Shown: positions 1-8,828 of the stretch, in pieces
Numbering within the stretch: the first letter of the stretch is position 1
How the letters are laid out: each line of letters begins with the position of its first letter
Assembly (NCBI GenBank): GCA_025340205.1
Contig: CP006868.1
Coordinates: 810,001-842,000, forward strand
Length of the DNA stretch: 32,000 bases
Source of the DNA: Ignicoccus pacificus DSM 13166
GTDB taxonomy: Archaea; Thermoproteota; Thermoprotei_A; Sulfolobales; Ignicoccaceae
Direction: 5' to 3'
Position numbers and translations under genes: made by a program
Notes under the pieces: model-generated
Seen by the model: the letters and a program-made list of their open reading frames with translations, nothing else
Databases searched by the model: none
Told to the model about the DNA's origin: nothing

Positions 1-1
1 G

Positions 2-751
2 GGGGCGTCCCTTGGAGTGGATGAAGTAAGGCTTTACACAGACGTTGATGGCATAAAGACTGCCAACCCTAAGGAATTCCCAAACGCCATAACGATTCGT
101 GAACTCAGTGTATACGAAGCTATTGAAATGGCAAGGCTTGGAGCCAAGAAACTACACCCAAGGACGTTTGAGCCCGTTCTAAGAAGGCCTGTTGACGTGA
201 GAGTTCTTTCACTCTACGATCCACAAGGAAATAGTACGTTAATATCATATGGTAAAAAGGGTCCGAAACTGAAGTCAGTGGCAATGATAAATGAAATGAC
301 AATAATCACAGTGAAAGGCGTTGGTATGGTTGGGATGAGAGGTACCGCAGCAAAGGTCATGGAGGCCGCGGCTAAAATCGGAGCCAACATTTACGCGATC
401 TCACAACCTATATCGGAGACTTCAATTTCCATAGTAGTCAAGGAGGAGAAGGCTGAGGCGGCGGCTAAAGCCATCAAGGCATCCTTAGAGGGAAGTGGGA
501 TAAACGTGGAGGTCGAACTACGGAAGAACATCTCTACTGTATCCGTCGTTGGTAAGGGCCTCGAAAATCCCTCATTTGTAGGTGATGTGCTCTCGATGCT
601 CGAGGACATGCCAGTATTAATGATAGCCAAGGGTCCACTTGATCTCAGCCTAAGCGTAATCACGCCCACAAAGTATGCAAAGGAGGTCGCCTCAAGGTAT
701 CACGAAGAGATATTGAGGGAGATGAAGGAATATTATGGGGAAGCCAAGTAA
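2..751 (+). CDS. aspartate kinase, C-terminal part (5' end lies outside the window)
   Basis: The frame is open from the window edge. The translation ...GASLGVDEVRLYTDVDGIKTANPK...AIEMARLGAKKLHPRT matches the conserved end of the amino-acid-kinase catalytic domain of aspartokinases. Two ACT-like regulatory repeats follow (ITVKGVGMVGMRGTAAKV..., VSVVGKGLENPSFVGDV...). The GTG at 17 in the ORF track is internal, not the start. Confidence 0.85.
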   Translation, partial: GASLGVDEVRLYTDVDGIKTANPKEFPNAITIRELSVYEAIEMARLGAKKLHPRTFEPVLRRPVDVRVLSLYDPQGNSTLISYGKKGPKLKSVAMINEMTIITVKGVGMVGMRGTAAKVMEAAAKIGANIYAISQPISETSISIVVKEEKAEAAAKAIKASLEGSGINVEVELRKNISTVSVVGKGLENPSFVGDVLSMLEDMPVLMIAKGPLDLSLSVITPTKYAKEVASRYHEEILREMKEYYGEAK

Positions 752-1761
752 ATATTGTCCTTGTTTTCTCTTACCTTTACCACAACTCTCCTACCAACCT
801 CCCCACGTACCTTAACGACTGTCATGACTACGTCCTTACGAGGTAGGGGTACTGCCAACCACTCTCCTTTGAGCAACCCCCTTCCTATTATCTCTACTTT
901 TACTCTTTCTCCCTTCTTATAGATCTCCGGGATCTTAGGAGCTTGGTGCATGCCCCATTCTTCCATACTCCATTTCAATCGAACCCCTAGCTCCTTCTCC
1001 GTTTTCTCTATCCATTTCCAAAATTCCTCCCAGCTCATTTCCTTTACACCTTTAACTTTCCTTCCTCTTTTGTGTACAACATACTTCTGTACTGTGAACG
1101 GTGGCCATCTCTTGCCTACTCCTATCTCTTTGCCCCATAATATTACCTCCTTCACATCTTCTTCGTTTATTCCAGGTAACAACACTGGTGTTAGATGAAC
1201 ATCTACGTCAGTTTCTTTAACTAGTTTTTCGATAACCTCGATGACCTTCTTCACATCAAAGTCTTGTCTACCGGCTAAGTACTTCGCCTTTACTGGATCT
1301 AATGTGTCTATGCTTAGATTTATTCTATCTAGGCCGGCCTCCGCTAATTCAAACGCTATCTCCTCGTTCAGTCTAACTCCGTGTGTTTCCAATGCCACGC
1401 TTTTAACACCATCGATCTCCTTCATACTCTTTACGACATTAGTAATGTGGGGATGTTCTAGGGGATCCCCGACGCCATCGAGCAATATTTCCACGTCTCC
1501 ACCCTTGAACTTTACAACGTCCGCTACCCACCTCTTAAGCCATTCTAAGTCATCGACAATGTAATCAACCCATCTCTTTCTTGAACAAGGGCCGGCGTCC
1601 ACGCTACAGAAGATACAACAAAGAGCACAGATGCTGGTTACCCTAACCTGAAGTACGTTCGTTCCCCTATCTATTATACCGAACGCTGTAGTACCTATTA
1701 GAGGCCATGGTTCTCTGACGCTTAACGTTACTCTGGGATGCTCAAATGCTCTCGGCATCAT
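733..1761 (-). CDS. radical SAM domain protein with a beta-rich C-terminal (TRAM/PRC-like) extension
   Basis: 342-aa ORF. A CX3CX2C cluster motif sits in ...VTSICALCCIFCSVD..., followed by a GGDVEILLDGVGDPL glycine-rich segment typical of the radical SAM core. The C-terminal region ERVKVEIIGRG...VVKVRENKDNIYLASP looks like a small beta-barrel. Its 3' end overlaps the convergent aspartate kinase gene by 19 nt. Confidence 0.75.
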   Translation of the reverse strand: MMPRAFEHPRVTLSVREPWPLIGTTAFGIIDRGTNVLQVRVTSICALCCIFCSVDAGPCSRKRWVDYIVDDLEWLKRWVADVVKFKGGDVEILLDGVGDPLEHPHITNVVKSMKEIDGVKSVALETHGVRLNEEIAFELAEAGLDRINLSIDTLDPVKAKYLAGRQDFDVKKVIEVIEKLVKETDVDVHLTPVLLPGINEEDVKEVILWGKEIGVGKRWPPFTVQKYVVHKRGRKVKGVKEMSWEEFWKWIEKTEKELGVRLKWSMEEWGMHQAPKIPEIYKKGERVKVEIIGRGLLKGEWLAVPLPRKDVVMTVVKVRGEVGRRVVVKVRENKDNIYLASP

Positions 1762-1800
1762 TTATTCCCCTCCCATCTCATGAAAGCTGGGAAATATTGG

Positions 1801-3279
1801 ATGAGGACGTCTATAGCGTTAGCCTTACTCGTCGGACTCGTGTTCGCTCAAACAAATCCCATAGTGACGATAATAAGGACGAACATCCAACAACAAGTAC
1901 TATATGCCCTAGCACAGAATTACTGTGGCGTAAAGGTTAGGTGGGAAAGTTTTTACTATACCGTAACGAACATGAAGAGCGCCCTAGATCAAGCGAAATC
2001 ATCTTACGATAACTTAGTCAAGCTCCTAAAGCCAGGAGGTGCCTTATATAATACTATAATGGCATGGAACCAGAACTATATAAATGGCTTTAATGGTATG
2101 AAGAATTACGTAACGACTTATTTGATAAACTTGCGCGGCTTGGTTTCATCCCTTAACGCAGCTTCCGCTTACTTACAAGGCGTATACGGCCAAACTACCA
2201 GAACCCAATTGATTAGTAGCTACGCCAATCAACTACTCGGAATCTACAACAACGTCTGGAATTACCTCCAATCTTACAAGGCTCGGGAACTCATGGTCGA
2301 CTTAACGCGAGCCACACAATTGATTCACTATAAGGAGACTTTAGCTGTCCTGAACAAGACTTCTATAACGCCAGCCATACTATCTTTGATTACATCTAAG
2401 GACATACTTTCCGTAAACCCTTCCGCGAGTAATGCTTGGCTCAGTTTCGCCGTTTGTAGTACAGACTACGCTAACAATACCTACAAAGAATGTTTCGCAA
2501 ACCTTAATGGTACTTCAACATATGGACCTATTTATGTGGGTTTCAATAGTAATGTAAATTACAATCTATATAAACTATATTACGCACCTAATCTAGGAGC
2601 CTCATGCCCCATAAACGTTGGTCAAATTCACACATACATGGTGAACCTCTACAACAACTACGCCACTATATACAACTACTATACAACCAATGTAATGCCG
2701 TGGGAAGTCAGACTCGAGCAAGCGCAAAACTTACTTCAAGGTATAATCTCAACTATGCTTAATGATCTCTTATCTCCCATAACGTCATCAATAAACATAC
2801 TAAAGGGAAGCACTACCTCCAATATCGTTAACAGCTGCTTAAGTTTGACTAAAACAACGCCTTCGGTAAACATCCAACAATTAGACTTGAGGAACCCCAC
2901 CCAAGTGGCTAGCTTCTTGAACTCCGTAGCCAACAACTTGAATAACGCGTATGACAACCTTTACAACGCGATCAACTGTATAGAATTCTACTTACCATCC
3001 CTACAGAACAGCGCCCAGATCTATCTTAACGCGTTAGCGAATAGATTCAAACAACTCAGCGGGGGGGTAGATATAGAAACGTGGGCCCAAGAGCATGGAA
3101 TTCAATGCACATATAACCCTACCACCTCACCGGTCACAGTCCTGAAAACAATTATCAACACCTACTATTCTCTCCTTGATCCTAACAGCCCCACTAGTTT
3201 CGTAAGGAACATCAACGTAACGACTCCGGCCGGCGTTCTGTCCCCTAGAGCTTTAAGCGAAGGAGGTCTTTGTGGCTAG
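1801..3279 (+). CDS. secreted Asn/Tyr/Thr-rich protein of unknown function (probable glycosylated cell-surface protein)
   Basis: Long ORF 1738-3279. The ATG at 1801 gives a classical signal peptide, MRTSIALALLVGLVFAQTNP. Upstream in-frame ATGs at 1738 and 1780 would overlap or crowd the divergent radical SAM start at 1761. A TTTATT box at 1761-1766 lies about 35 nt upstream of 1801. The protein has many N-x-S/T sequons, no internal TM segment, and no recognisable catalytic motif. Confidence 0.65.
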   Translation: MRTSIALALLVGLVFAQTNPIVTIIRTNIQQQVLYALAQNYCGVKVRWESFYYTVTNMKSALDQAKSSYDNLVKLLKPGGALYNTIMAWNQNYINGFNGMKNYVTTYLINLRGLVSSLNAASAYLQGVYGQTTRTQLISSYANQLLGIYNNVWNYLQSYKARELMVDLTRATQLIHYKETLAVLNKTSITPAILSLITSKDILSVNPSASNAWLSFAVCSTDYANNTYKECFANLNGTSTYGPIYVGFNSNVNYNLYKLYYAPNLGASCPINVGQIHTYMVNLYNNYATIYNYYTTNVMPWEVRLEQAQNLLQGIISTMLNDLLSPITSSINILKGSTTSNIVNSCLSLTKTTPSVNIQQLDLRNPTQVASFLNSVANNLNNAYDNLYNAINCIEFYLPSLQNSAQIYLNALANRFKQLSGGVDIETWAQEHGIQCTYNPTTSPVTVLKTIINTYYSLLDPNSPTSFVRNINVTTPAGVLSPRALSEGGLCG

Positions 3280-3642
3280 CCGGGGACAGACCCGGGGTAG
3301 GGCCGGAGGGTCGCCCCTCCTCCCCCCGAGGGATCTCGGGGCCCGAAACGGGGCACTAACGCGGGGGCCAGTAACTCCCCGGAGGCTTCGCCCGGAGACC
3401 CCTCGGGGGACCGGGGGGTTCCGATGATCCTCGCCCCACGGGGCCCACGGTGGCGGAGCCTCCGCCGGAGGGCGGAGGTTAACCGCCTTAACCGGGGGAA
3501 CCAGGTCAGGCCCGGAAGGGAGCAGCCTAACCCCGGCCGTGGGCGTTCGTGGGTCAACGGGGTGAGGGACCTCCCGGAGAACCCCCGAGGGGGAGCCCTC
3601 ACGGGGCACCGGGCGAGGTCCCGGGGAGGTCCCGGGGTCCAC
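3280..3642 (+). ncRNA. signal recognition particle RNA (archaeal 7S / SRP RNA)
   Basis: This is a very G+C-rich island in an A+T-leaning region. The + strand carries the universal helix-8 motif ACCAGGTCAGGCCCGGAAGGGAGCAGCC (about 3500-3527; compare E. coli 4.5S ACCAGGUCAGGUCCGGAAGGAAGCAGCC). A helix-6-like hairpin, CCTCCGCC-GGAG-GGCGGAGG, has a GNAR loop (about 3459-3478). Two small 5' hairpins (CCCCGAG-GGAT-CTCGGGG and CCCG-AAA-CGGG) are consistent with Alu-domain helices 3/4. Long-range helix-5 complementarity is visible by eye (GCCCACGG/CCGTGGGC, CTTCGCCCGG/CCGGGCGAGG), and the 5' CCGGGGAC pairs with the 3' GTCCCGG. A T-run (CGTTTTATC, 3648-3656) follows. The ends are approximate, +/-10 nt. 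Confidence 0.88.
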
Positions 3643-3689
3643 ACCATCTCGTTTTATCTCCTCCCCCTATTACTAACCTCGAAGGAAGG

Positions 3690-4484
3690 ATGCTGGATCT
3701 ATTGGATGGATTAATCAAAATAACGCAGACCTCAAGCTTGGTCTTGGGTGGTGCGATAGCATGCTTTATAGCTCCTAACTGTAAGAATTTGTTCTTACTT
3801 ACTATCGCCCTCTTCCTAGACATAGCTGGAACGACTATTCTTAATATGGTTATAGATAAAGACATTGACTCGTTAATGAAGCGCACACAGAGTAGACCCA
3901 TACCTTCTAGAAGAGTTTCGTCGACAATAGCACTAGTGATAGGTATTATTATGACCCTTTCTGGTATTCTCGTCGCATTTGAGATAAATACGCTAACGGG
4001 GGTCGCAGCTTTCTTAGGGGCATTCATCGATGCTGTTCTCTATTCTATGCTACTAAAGAGAAGAACTTGGTTGAGTCCTCTAATAGGTGGAATAGCGGGT
4101 GCGATGCCATTCTATGGAGGTTGGGTAGCTGGGGGTGGAGATCCTATCCTAGGCTTAGTTTATATACCGATAATAACCTTTTGGTCTTGCTCTCATATAT
4201 GGGCACTTAACGCGTCCTTCTACGACGATTACATGAGAGCGAGGATTCCGACTCTTGTGAGTGAATTTAAGGGTTCGTTCAAGTACATCTCTGCCTCGGT
4301 TCTACTTATAGCCTCTGTACTTACCTCGTTTTTCATTGGTGGCCTATCCTTATTGTTAATTGCAATAACTGGACTGTACTTGTATTTTATGTTAAAGAAT
4401 AACTTTAAGCATTCTTTTAAAATAGCAACGATATGGTTAGTTTTGTTCTATATACTTTTACTACTTCATAAACTATATCTCTAA
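3690..4484 (+). CDS. ctaB: protoheme IX farnesyltransferase (heme O synthase), UbiA prenyltransferase family
   Basis: The motif NMVIDKDIDSLMKRTQSRPIPSRRVS matches the heme O synthase signature N-x3-D-x-D-I-D-x2-M-x-R-T-x2-RP. The protein is polytopic, with about 8-9 hydrophobic helices. I moved the start to the ATG at 3690 (MLDLLDGLIKITQ...), because the first 47 codons of the tracked ORF (3549) lie inside the SRP RNA and are Pro/Gly/Arg junk. Confidence 0.8.
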   Translation: MLDLLDGLIKITQTSSLVLGGAIACFIAPNCKNLFLLTIALFLDIAGTTILNMVIDKDIDSLMKRTQSRPIPSRRVSSTIALVIGIIMTLSGILVAFEINTLTGVAAFLGAFIDAVLYSMLLKRRTWLSPLIGGIAGAMPFYGGWVAGGGDPILGLVYIPIITFWSCSHIWALNASFYDDYMRARIPTLVSEFKGSFKYISASVLLIASVLTSFFIGGLSLLLIAITGLYLYFMLKNNFKHSFKIATIWLVLFYILLLLHKLYL

Positions 4485-5010
4485 GTAGAAGCGGACAAGG
4501 AAGCATCAGTATGAATATACCAGGATGTACCAAATACCTCACCACATCTCTGTCACCTTGTCTAATATACTCGTAGAAGAAGCGTTTAGATACTTCACAA
4601 TTGGGCCAATTAGCTAAAATAAAGAAAGTCATTGCAACAATGAGATCAGCCACTCTATGTTTGCTTTCACAGCTTCGTATTGCTTGTTCGGCATCGATAA
4701 TGATTATTCTACCGCTTTTATCCACGATGAAATTATCGTATTTCGTATCTCCTAGACACCAGCACATTTTATGTAAGTCAACTATAATCTTAACCACTTC
4801 CTTATAGTCTTTTTCCGAGAGAGCTTTTCCCTCAACGTACTCTCTAATTATAACACCTGGTGCCCACGCTATTACCTCTGGTGAATTATCATATTCTGTC
4901 ATAAACACTACTTCTCTTGCGGTTCTTTCCAAAGGATCTAGGGAGTAAGGATAGATTCCAAATAGAAGAATTCTTGCTGGCAACCATTTTAAGGAACGTA
5001 TCCCCTTCAT
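4417..5010 (-). CDS. small atypical protein-kinase-like protein (RIO/Bud32/Kdo-kinase-like fold)
   Basis: LGDTKYDNFIVDKSGRIIIIDAEQA resembles a kinase catalytic loop (xGD-x4-N) plus a metal-binding D of a DFG-like motif. IIREYVEGKAL resembles the hinge. The start is uncertain. ATG 5010 is the conservative choice. In-frame TTGs at 5085 and 5139 would add a segment containing VIVKS (a possible VAIK-type lysine strand) but would overlap the nuoN 3' end. The 3' end overlaps convergent ctaB by 68 nt. Confidence 0.5.
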   Translation of the reverse strand: MKGIRSLKWLPARILLFGIYPYSLDPLERTAREVVFMTEYDNSPEVIAWAPGVIIREYVEGKALSEKDYKEVVKIIVDLHKMCWCLGDTKYDNFIVDKSGRIIIIDAEQAIRSCESKHRVADLIVAMTFFILANWPNCEVSKRFFYEYIRQGDRDVVRYLVHPGIFILMLPCPLLLRDIVYEVVKVYRTKLTISLLF

Positions 5011-5077
5011 GGACTTTACTATAACACGAGATACTTTCTTAGATTGATATAAGCTCTTTAAAAAGAATGTTAATATT

Positions 5078-6394
5078 TTACCCAAGCGTGGGCACCGGCC
5101 ACAGAGGATAGAAGTATAATATAATAAGCATGGCGGCAAGGACCCAGAGCAACATCTCGAGGGAGGGTAGCGAGATCACTTGGTCCTTCTCTGGCTTCTT
5201 GGTGACTGCCGCAACTATCTTAATGTACCCATATCCTGAAGCTGCTGTAAACACCAACGAGACCACGGCTACTCCTATAAGTAAGGCTGGCGGTAAACTT
5301 TTTGCGTTGAAGAGATTTATCAATGCCATCAGCTTGGCACTAAAGCCCGCTGTCGGCGGGATTCCCAGTAAGCTAAGTGCAGCTATGGCAACTGCCAGAG
5401 CAGTCAAGGGTCTTTTGTATAGTACCTTTAGATCCATTATCTCGCTCTCCCCCTCGCCCTTTACCAATAATACGGAGCTGAAGGCTATGGTATTTGCTAT
5501 TGAGTATACCAGCGCATAGTACGCTATTACCGCTGCAGAGAGTTGGCCTGGATAGGCTAGAGCTAGTGCTACGAAGCCGGCATGTGCGATACTTGAGAAC
5601 GAAAGCATCCTCTTCATCTTATTAGTAGTCACCATACCCGCCGCTCCTACTATGTTAGAGAGAGCTGCAAGGAGAAGGGCTGGTATCAGTATTTGCCAAT
5701 AGCTCACGCTATAAGCTAACCTTAGGGGTCCCACGCTCAGTATAGCGAGCGCTAGCATTGCACCAACCTTCACAGCACTTGATAGGTATATCGAAGCGCT
5801 AGTACTGCTCTCAGAATACACATCGACAGCCCAAGTATGCATAGGACTAATTGCTAGTTTCACCATAATCGAAGCCAGCATCAATACTATTCCTACTATC
5901 GCCGTACTGGTCTGCGTGAAGTGCACCAAGTCAGTAGTGTGACTGCCAGCGAAGTAGAAGGCCAAACCTAAGAACAGCATGGCAGCAGCAAACACGCTGA
6001 AGATCAAGTACGTGACCACAACCTTGATCTTTTCCTTGGCTCCTGGATAGAACGCGACTGCTGCTGCAGTAAGTGACATTGCCTCTAGTGATATAGCCAA
6101 CGTAGCTAGGTTCCTTGAGGCAGCTACCAAGTAGCCGCTTAGCGTGAGTATGGTCACTAGCAAGACGAAATGCCGTTGTGGTTTCTTGTGAAACATGAGT
6201 GTTATAACTGCTGGTATTGCTATCGCTAACATTCCCAGCCTCGTGAAATCATCCCCCACCAAACTTCCAAACTTTCCATGAGCGAAGAATATCGATGCCA
6301 CTAGGAGTATTGAGGAGAGGTATCTGCTCAACCCTACCGGGAAGACCAGAGCTTGTGCTATAGCTATGAAGCTTAGAAGCAGAGCCCAGATCAC
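5078..6394 (-). CDS. nuoN: NADH-quinone oxidoreductase (complex I) subunit N, antiporter-like
   Basis: 438-aa polytopic membrane protein with about 14 hydrophobic helices and an LSFSSIAHAGF motif typical of NuoN/ND2-type subunits. It has a GTG start in a GTGA overlap with the nuoK stop. Confidence 0.8.
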   Translation of the reverse strand: MIWALLLSFIAIAQALVFPVGLSRYLSSILLVASIFFAHGKFGSLVGDDFTRLGMLAIAIPAVITLMFHKKPQRHFVLLVTILTLSGYLVAASRNLATLAISLEAMSLTAAAVAFYPGAKEKIKVVVTYLIFSVFAAAMLFLGLAFYFAGSHTTDLVHFTQTSTAIVGIVLMLASIMVKLAISPMHTWAVDVYSESSTSASIYLSSAVKVGAMLALAILSVGPLRLAYSVSYWQILIPALLLAALSNIVGAAGMVTTNKMKRMLSFSSIAHAGFVALALAYPGQLSAAVIAYYALVYSIANTIAFSSVLLVKGEGESEIMDLKVLYKRPLTALAVAIAALSLLGIPPTAGFSAKLMALINLFNAKSLPPALLIGVAVVSLVFTAASGYGYIKIVAAVTKKPEKDQVISLPSLEMLLWVLAAMLIILYFYPLWPVPTLG

Positions 6395-6708
6395 TTCTCC
6401 TCACCCCCTTCATCTTTTTTCTTAAACACAATCACATCGAACGTTCCTAAGGTTCTAGTCATGAGAGTAGCCGTAGCAATTAGGAGGGCGCCTTCAATAC
6501 CTATAGCGATAAGCGCGAGCAGACCGAGAACCTCACCCATACTCTTCCAAAGCGCAACTGCAGCCGCACCCATTATGGTTACAGTAGCCGCACCAACTAT
6601 TTCTAAGGATATCATTATCCTTACCAAGTTTCTTCTAGCTACGAGACCATACAATCCAATGACGAATAGAGGTACAGTTGCCCATATTGCCGGACCGAGT
6701 TCACTCAT
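6391..6708 (-). CDS. nuoK: NADH-quinone oxidoreductase subunit K
   Basis: 105 aa with three TM helices. GLYGLVARRNLVRIMISLEIVGAA matches the NuoK/ND4L signature (R-x-N...S-x-E). It is translationally coupled to nuoJ (8-nt overlap) and to nuoN (4-nt overlap). Confidence 0.85.
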   Translation of the reverse strand: MSELGPAIWATVPLFVIGLYGLVARRNLVRIMISLEIVGAATVTIMGAAAVALWKSMGEVLGLLALIAIGIEGALLIATATLMTRTLGTFDVIVFKKKDEGGEEK

Positions 6709-7192
6709 GTTCCTTCACCTCCTGTATTGATACGTATCTAATAACATAGGCTGAAGCAATTAGCGCCACTAATAGCAATACGCTTAACGCGGCCATCAAA
6801 CCCAAATCAGAGAACAACACCTTAGCAATACTCTTTGCGGTAGAAGAATAGAACGTAATCATTCCAGGGGTGGATATAGTTAGGAAGCCAATGCTAAACC
6901 CCAATATGGCCAAGGTAACTGCTGCTATCTTACCGGCCTCCGGTGCCTTGAGTACTTCTCTCCTCTGACTAGCTGTCACTGCTGCGTAGATAGCTAGAAT
7001 GGCCACCGCTCCAGCACCGAGAAGAACTTGCATGGCCCCAATGAACCAAGCACCTATTGAAAGGAGGGCCAGCCCACTTAACAAGAAGACCGCTACCAAA
7101 GCAGCTGCAGCTCTCACCAAGTCCTCGTCCCAAAGTGTAGCGGCTGCGAAGAGTGTGGCTGCTCCCATCAGCAGTATGAAGACCTCTATCAT
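6701..7192 (-). CDS. nuoJ: NADH-quinone oxidoreductase subunit J
   Basis: 163-aa hydrophobic protein in the position and of the size expected for NuoJ/ND6, between nuoI and nuoK. It has an ATGA overlap with nuoI. Confidence 0.7.
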   Translation of the reverse strand: MIEVFILLMGAATLFAAATLWDEDLVRAAAALVAVFLLSGLALLSIGAWFIGAMQVLLGAGAVAILAIYAAVTASQRREVLKAPEAGKIAAVTLAILGFSIGFLTISTPGMITFYSSTAKSIAKVLFSDLGLMAALSVLLLVALIASAYVIRYVSIQEVKEHE

Positions 7193-7761
7193 TTCTTACC
7201 CCCCGTGCTTTTCTCCTCTAGTCTCTTTTTGATTTCTTCAGCCTTTCTCTTTATTAATGGCTCTACTCTATCATAGTCTACCGCGTCATACTCCCAGCCC
7301 TTTTCCTTGATCAATTCAGTGAAGGCTGCCCACTCCCATGGCTCCCACATCACCTTTTTCTTTGAACTAACGATGCTTATCACTGATGAATGAGAAAGGG
7401 CACCGGAGACCGGTGGACATGCATCAACGCAGAGACCACAGAAGAGACAATGCGTTGGCTCGAACGCTATGTAAACTCCTGGTTTATTCTTGTCTGTCTT
7501 TGGACCACTACGACGGTACAGACAATTGTTAGGGCACGCTAGTATACAAGCTCCACATCCGATACACTTCTCTATATCATAGGTAAGCACACCCCTGAAC
7601 GCCTCTGGGAGCTTGTTCTTTTCATAAGGATAGAGTGTGGTTGGTCTACTCTTGAAGAAGTATTCGGCGGTCGCCAGTAACGACCTCACTAATCCGCTAG
7701 CACCTTTGCTGAGACGCCACCTACCTCTAACTTCTACGAACTTCTCAGTCTTGGTGCTCAT
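7189..7761 (-). CDS. nuoI: NADH-quinone oxidoreductase subunit I (2x[4Fe-4S] ferredoxin-type)
   Basis: Two CxxCxxCxxxCP motifs are present: CIGCGACILACP and CLFCGLCVDACP. It is 190 aa and has an ATGA overlap with nuoH. Confidence 0.85.
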   Translation of the reverse strand: MSTKTEKFVEVRGRWRLSKGASGLVRSLLATAEYFFKSRPTTLYPYEKNKLPEAFRGVLTYDIEKCIGCGACILACPNNCLYRRSGPKTDKNKPGVYIAFEPTHCLFCGLCVDACPPVSGALSHSSVISIVSSKKKVMWEPWEWAAFTELIKEKGWEYDAVDYDRVEPLIKRKAEEIKKRLEEKSTGGKK

Positions 7762-8828
7762 GCTACAACACCTCCTGCTCTAAGCGCTATTGATATTACA
7801 AGGGCTATTATGCTAAGTATTAGAAGCTTGAACCACCCGAACTCGAGTATTTGGTCAACTCTGGGTCTGGCTACGCTAGCCCTGACCCAGATGAATACGA
7901 GGAACACTGCTACCAACTTTATCGTGAACCATATTGCATTACTCAAGCTTATAGGTATACCAGGTATAGCTGGCCCTAGCCAGCCGCCTAATAGTAATAG
8001 GGTCACCAATCCAGCAGCGTATATAGCTTTGCTATACAAGTACAGACCGTAGAGTAGTATGAACTCGCCCGCTCCGTATTCTATATTCCATCCATGTACT
8101 ATCTCTTGTTCGGCTTCTGGGTGATCAAAAGGTGGTCTCTCACTTTCCGCTAGGAGAGCTATAAATAGCACTAATGCGAGAACTGGATTAACGAATATGA
8201 ACCATCCTGATGCTTGCTTCTGGACGATCCCGTAGATGCTTACTCCTCCTAGTATGGCGGCAGCAGCTATCGCTATGAGGAATGGAATTTCATACGTGAC
8301 CAACATCAATACCGTTCTAAAAGCAGCAAGAGCGCTATACTTGTTAGATTGCGCCCAAGCTAGGACGTACATCAAAGGCATACTGAGAGCTACTATAGCT
8401 ACGTATCCTAGAAGTCCTATTCCAGGAGCATAGTGATCCATAAGCAGTGAAATGCTATACTTCGTTAAGTCTACCTTTATTCCTATTAACTTCAAGATAC
8501 CATCTAGTCCCGATATTGCTACGTAATCGAAGGGCAGCAGTATCAAAGGTACCGTTATTATGGCAATTACTACCAATGGTATCGCATAATAGAATACCTT
8601 CATTACTCTGCGTGGTGAGAATAGTTCTTTTGATAGATACTTCAGGAAATCCGATATTAGCTGTAGCAATCCAGCGTAACCCACATGCGCTGGTCCATAT
8701 CTTTGCATTATCCTTCCCCATACCTTTCTCTCTAAATATATCGTAATGAAATCAAGTAAACCAGCGTAGGCGAAGGCTAAGATGACTGATCCCAGCGCCG
8801 CTGCCAGTATGATGACCGCGTTCAACAT
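7758..8828 (-). CDS. nuoH: NADH-quinone oxidoreductase subunit H
   Basis: AESERPPFDHPEAEQEIVHGWNIEYGAGEF is the NuoH/ND1 signature (E-x-E-R-x-PFD-x2-E-x-E-x-E-L-V-x-G-x3-EY). The protein is polytopic. I chose the ATG at 8828 (MLNAVIIL...). The tracked start at 8846 is a TTG six codons upstream and cannot be excluded. Confidence 0.88.
   Translation of the reverse strand: MLNAVIILAAALGSVILAFAYAGLLDFITIYLERKVWGRIMQRYGPAHVGYAGLLQLISDFLKYLSKELFSPRRVMKVFYYAIPLVVIAIITVPLILLPFDYVAISGLDGILKLIGIKVDLTKYSISLLMDHYAPGIGLLGYVAIVALSMPLMYVLAWAQSNKYSALAAFRTVLMLVTYEIPFLIAIAAAAILGGVSIYGIVQKQASGWFIFVNPVLALVLFIALLAESERPPFDHPEAEQEIVHGWNIEYGAGEFILLYGLYLYSKAIYAAGLVTLLLLGGWLGPAIPGIPISLSNAIWFTIKLVAVFLVFIWVRASVARPRVDQILEFGWFKLLILSIIALVISIALRAGGVVA

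Noticed and set aside
3253-3714. Three overlapping ORFs (3253-3642 -, 3276-3647 -, 3424-3714 +) and the 5' 141 nt of ORF 3549-4484, all encoding Pro/Arg/Gly-rich peptides.
   Set aside because: They coincide with the SRP RNA gene. Their amino-acid composition is simply the translation of G+C-rich structured RNA, they overlap each other on both strands, and ctaB has a good ATG at 3690 after the RNA.
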